Of a stretch of 36,914 nt of DNA, positions 34,191 to 36,914 are shown piece after piece; position 1 is the stretch's first letter; each line of letters opens with the position of its first letter. Source of the DNA: Callorhinchus milii (Eukaryota); contig NW_024705525.1 in NCBI RefSeq assembly GCF_018977255.1, positions 1 through 36,914 on the forward strand, given 5' to 3'. The position numbers and the translations under genes were made by a program. Under the pieces are notes generated by a model that worked only from the letters and a program-made list of their open reading frames with translations, ran no database searches and was not told the origin of the DNA.

Positions 34191-35320
34191 ATGCCTGTGA
34201 TTGGGTGGATCGCCATCCGTTCACAAGTGGCTCCAGCGATGTGAATTAGTCCCCTCCAATGGTCACAGCAATGGGAGGAACCTAAGCATCTTAAGCATCT
34301 TCCACTGTATTCCGGAATGTGCGACACGCAAGAGGTTTGTGTTGCGAAAAGCTAAGCCAGTAATGTGGTTACACAGAACTTTACGTATTGTGACGGGAAT
34401 ACACTTTGTGGGTGGAATGAAAAGTTACCGGGTAACTCAGACACCCTGGTCTCTATCATTAAAGGCTATCGATGAAGATCTCCTCAAGGTATCCAGAGGT
34501 ATTGAGTTCTTTATGGCTCTAGGGTCCGCTGTGGAGTTGTAGAGAAGAGGAAAGAGGGTTAGAGCGTGTAACGCACTTCTGTCCTTTCAGTAATATGGAG
34601 AGATAATAATCACTGTGTCAAGGTGGCTTTCAATTCTCTATTTATTTGTACCTGACACCTTAATCCAAACCTGCTCTCCGTGTCTCGATCCATCTCTCTT
34701 TCACACCAAACTCTATTCCGTGACATACCCAAGTCTCATTCATGTCAATCCATGCTTTGGCTCTCCTATGTCTCTTGCTGTGGACTACTCACGCCTGAAT
34801 CTATACCATAACTCCCACAAATCTCTATCCGACCCCTGTGACACCTCGATACATCTCTCTTACTCCCCGAGTCTCTATCCATCTATTTTTGATACATCAA
34901 TCGATCACCTGACTCCACCAAATCCTATCCGTGAACGTCTCACACATCAATGCATCGGCTGACTCCCACATGTTGCTGTATCCATCTCGAACCTCAATCC
35001 GTCCCGTTATTCCAAACGTACTGCCCAACAGCTCCTCCCAGTCTGACAATAAACGGTCTCCTTCCCCTGGCTCTGATGGTGTGTTTAATGGGGAGAGACC
35101 AGCAGCTGAACACACTCCTATCTCTCAATCTGTGTCGCAAGCAAGATCCTGAAACAATCTGTGACGCCTCAATGTCCTTCTCTGAGTCTCTGTCTGTCCA
35201 GATAAGATTAAATATCAGGTCATATATTCCGCGGGTTGCTATTTTGCTCACGGCAACAAGACCCGCGTTTCTCCACACACGTGTCCCCTCACTCGTGTTC
35301 CTTCACGCGTGTCCCCACAC

Positions 35321-35431
35321 CTGGCTTTTCCCCGCATCTCGTGAGTGCATCATAGATCACGAGGATGAGGGCAAACGTCATTAGGATCACCACCGCGATT
35401 CTGATGCCGTTCAAAATCATATTAGTCTGGC
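35321..35431 (-). CDS. Putative transmembrane exon of a type I membrane receptor with an intramembrane Arg (N-x-x-R)
   Basis: Acceptor ctcacag, 111 nt, phase 1-1: (G)QTNMILNGIRIAVVILMTFALILVIYDALTRCGEKP. It ends at CAG|GTGTGG or reads through GVGTRVKEHE to TGA at 35289. Confidence 0.7.
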
Positions 35432-35716
35432 CTGTGAGCGATCAGAGCGAAGACATTATTGAAGCAAAATTTTAGAATGCAAGACGACATTACCATCACG
35501 ACTTTCAAGTTGCGAGAGTGTTCCAAGGCTTGGAACATTAAGGGATGTGGGTACGAGATGGTGGGTTGGGGATATTGGGTTAAGGGTGTGTGGAGGGCAG
35601 GGAAGGTTGAAGGGTGTTTGAAGGCGCGATTGTGGGGATTATCTGCAGCTTTTGGATGTAGATGTTGGAAAATCAGATCTTTACAGAGTTAATTATCCTT
35701 ATACTAAAAAACTTAC

Positions 35717-35761
35717 CTTCTGTGTCCGTGCTCATCGCCTTTTTAGCTATGGTTGTAATAT
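35717..35761 (-). CDS. Putative 45-nt stalk/connecting-peptide exon of the same receptor
   Basis: Strong acceptor cttacttttttttcag and consensus donor AAG|GTAAGT; phase 1-1; (D)ITTIAKKAMSTDTE(G), in frame with the TM exon. Confidence 0.7.
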
Positions 35762-35789
35762 CTGAAAAAAAAGTAAGGGCGTGTGTAAG

Positions 35790-36180
35790 TCAGGGAGGAC
35801 TGGAGGAGGGCTGAAGGCGCGGTCGAAGATGAGTATCTTTAAATGTGCCTTCAAATATGCAAAGGTGGGAGCAAGGCAAAGTGAATATGGGATGGAGTTA
35901 CAGACGCTGGTTATGGAGAGCTTGAAGGTCTGCCCGCCGTTGGTGGTCAGGCCGGACGGGGAATATGGAGAAGGGCATAGTTTGCTGAGCGGAGGGAGTG
36001 GACAGCTGGGTACAGAGAGAGGGAGGAGCAAAGTCGTGGAGGACCATGAAGCAGAGGACAAGGATTTTGAAATGTCATCTTGCAGGATGGGGAGCCAGTG
36101 GAGCCGGGTGAGTGTGATGGAGCTGCTGTGGGAGAGCACACGAGCTGCACAGATCTGGATGATTTGTAGCTGTTGGAGGT
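35790..36180 (-). mobile_element. L2 3' fragment (intronic)
   Basis: SITLTRLHWLPILQDDISKSL...GGQTFKL...NSIPYSLCLAPTFAYLKAHLKILIFDRAF. Confidence 0.82.
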
Positions 36181-36239
36181 AAAAGTGGGGAAATCAGATA
36201 TTTTCAGATTATTGGCTATTGTTACTGCTGATAGCTTAC

Positions 36240-36280
36240 CTCTTGCGCCTGCGATCATCCCTTTGGAGTTTTGAGAAAGG
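36240..36280 (-). CDS. Putative second stalk micro-exon (41 nt; 42 nt and phase 1-1 if one base is missing)
   Basis: Acceptor tttttttgacatcacag, donor GAG|GTAAGC; its 3' half aag-ggatgatcgcaggcgcaagag resembles aaggcgatgagcacggacacagaag of the 45-nt exon. Confidence 0.45.
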
Positions 36281-36484
36281 CTGTGATGTCAAAAAAATTG
36301 CAAGTGGTCTTATTGTAGGTCATGGCACGTTCCTCTAATGTAACGTTCAACCTCCATGCTCTCCACTGCCAACTCAATATCAACCTCTCACACTTCATTC
36401 CATCAATTGAAACCCCCAAGGTTATAGCCATCTCTCTCTCGCACACTAATCATACACTGACACCCCAATGTCTCCAATCATCTA

Positions 36485-36914
36485 TGAGGACGTCCCAAGA
36501 CCCTGAGCAGGCACATTTTGGGACACGGCCTGGTGATGGATGGAAAAGAGGGTATTGGCGTAATAGAATGTGAAGGCTTCGGAGAGTTGGAGGGTGGCTG
36601 AAAGCGTCGTTGAAGACTATGGGCTTGAAATGTGCCTTCGAAGAAGGAAGGTTGAGAGCAAGGCGAAGGGATTATGGGATTTCGTTCCAGAGGGTGGAGT
36701 TGGAGAGGCTGTATATCTGCCCTTCGATGGTACGTCAGTCAGGGCGTGGAGCATGGAGCAGGGCTCAGACAGCTTAGCGGAGTGTACAGTCAGGTGGATA
36801 TGGAGTTGGGTCACAGAGTTAGGGAACAGCAAGGCCGTGGAGGTCGTTGAAGGCGATAATAAAGATTTTGACTTTTACCTCTGTAGGATTGTGGGCCAGT
36901 GGAGCCTGGGTAGG
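36485..36914 (-). mobile_element. L2 3' fragment, runs off the window
   Basis: PRLHWPTI...KIFIIAFNDLHGLAVP on the minus strand; tail remnant gaggacgtcccaagaccctgagcag matches copy B's 3' end. Confidence 0.8.

Noticed and set aside
34994..35148. Possible cytoplasmic exon after the TM exon (acceptor ttgtttcag, in frame GSCLRHRLRD...)
   Set aside because: Weak polypyrimidine tract and no signalling motif; read-through to the stop at 35289 is equally plausible.
35321..35761. Calling these exons a TCR alpha/delta/gamma constant gene
   Set aside because: Lacks the conserved TM lysine, the FN-containing CART motif and the connecting-peptide cysteine.
36190..36240. Plus-strand similarity to GPCR exon 1 (cagata...gctattgtt)
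   Set aside because: Short, gapped, no ATG or donor; overlaps an L2 edge and the intron of the minus-strand receptor.

Overview
Vertebrate genomic DNA, most likely from a cartilaginous fish (inferred from the mix of CR1, L2 and Deu-type SINE repeats and the receptor family). The window contains a birth-and-death cluster of four GPR139/GPR142-like rhodopsin-class GPCR paralogues. One is an intact two-exon gene (21455-21536 + 23401-24302, 327 aa), one has a single frameshift (1-868), and two are pseudogenes (3855-4454 +, 9603-10253 -). Also present, and not recognisable from the ORF track: a decayed TRIM-type B30.2 (PRY-SPRY) exon (6782-7275), and three small minus-strand exons (36240-36280, 35717-35761, 35321-35431) that splice into a stalk plus a transmembrane helix with an N-x-x-R motif, typical of activating immune receptors. 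A non-coding 3'-flank cassette is duplicated with the GPCRs (three copies). Two near-full-length single-ORF L2 LINEs, many CR1/L2/SINE fragments and several tandem repeats fill the rest. Repeat boundaries are read by eye and approximate.
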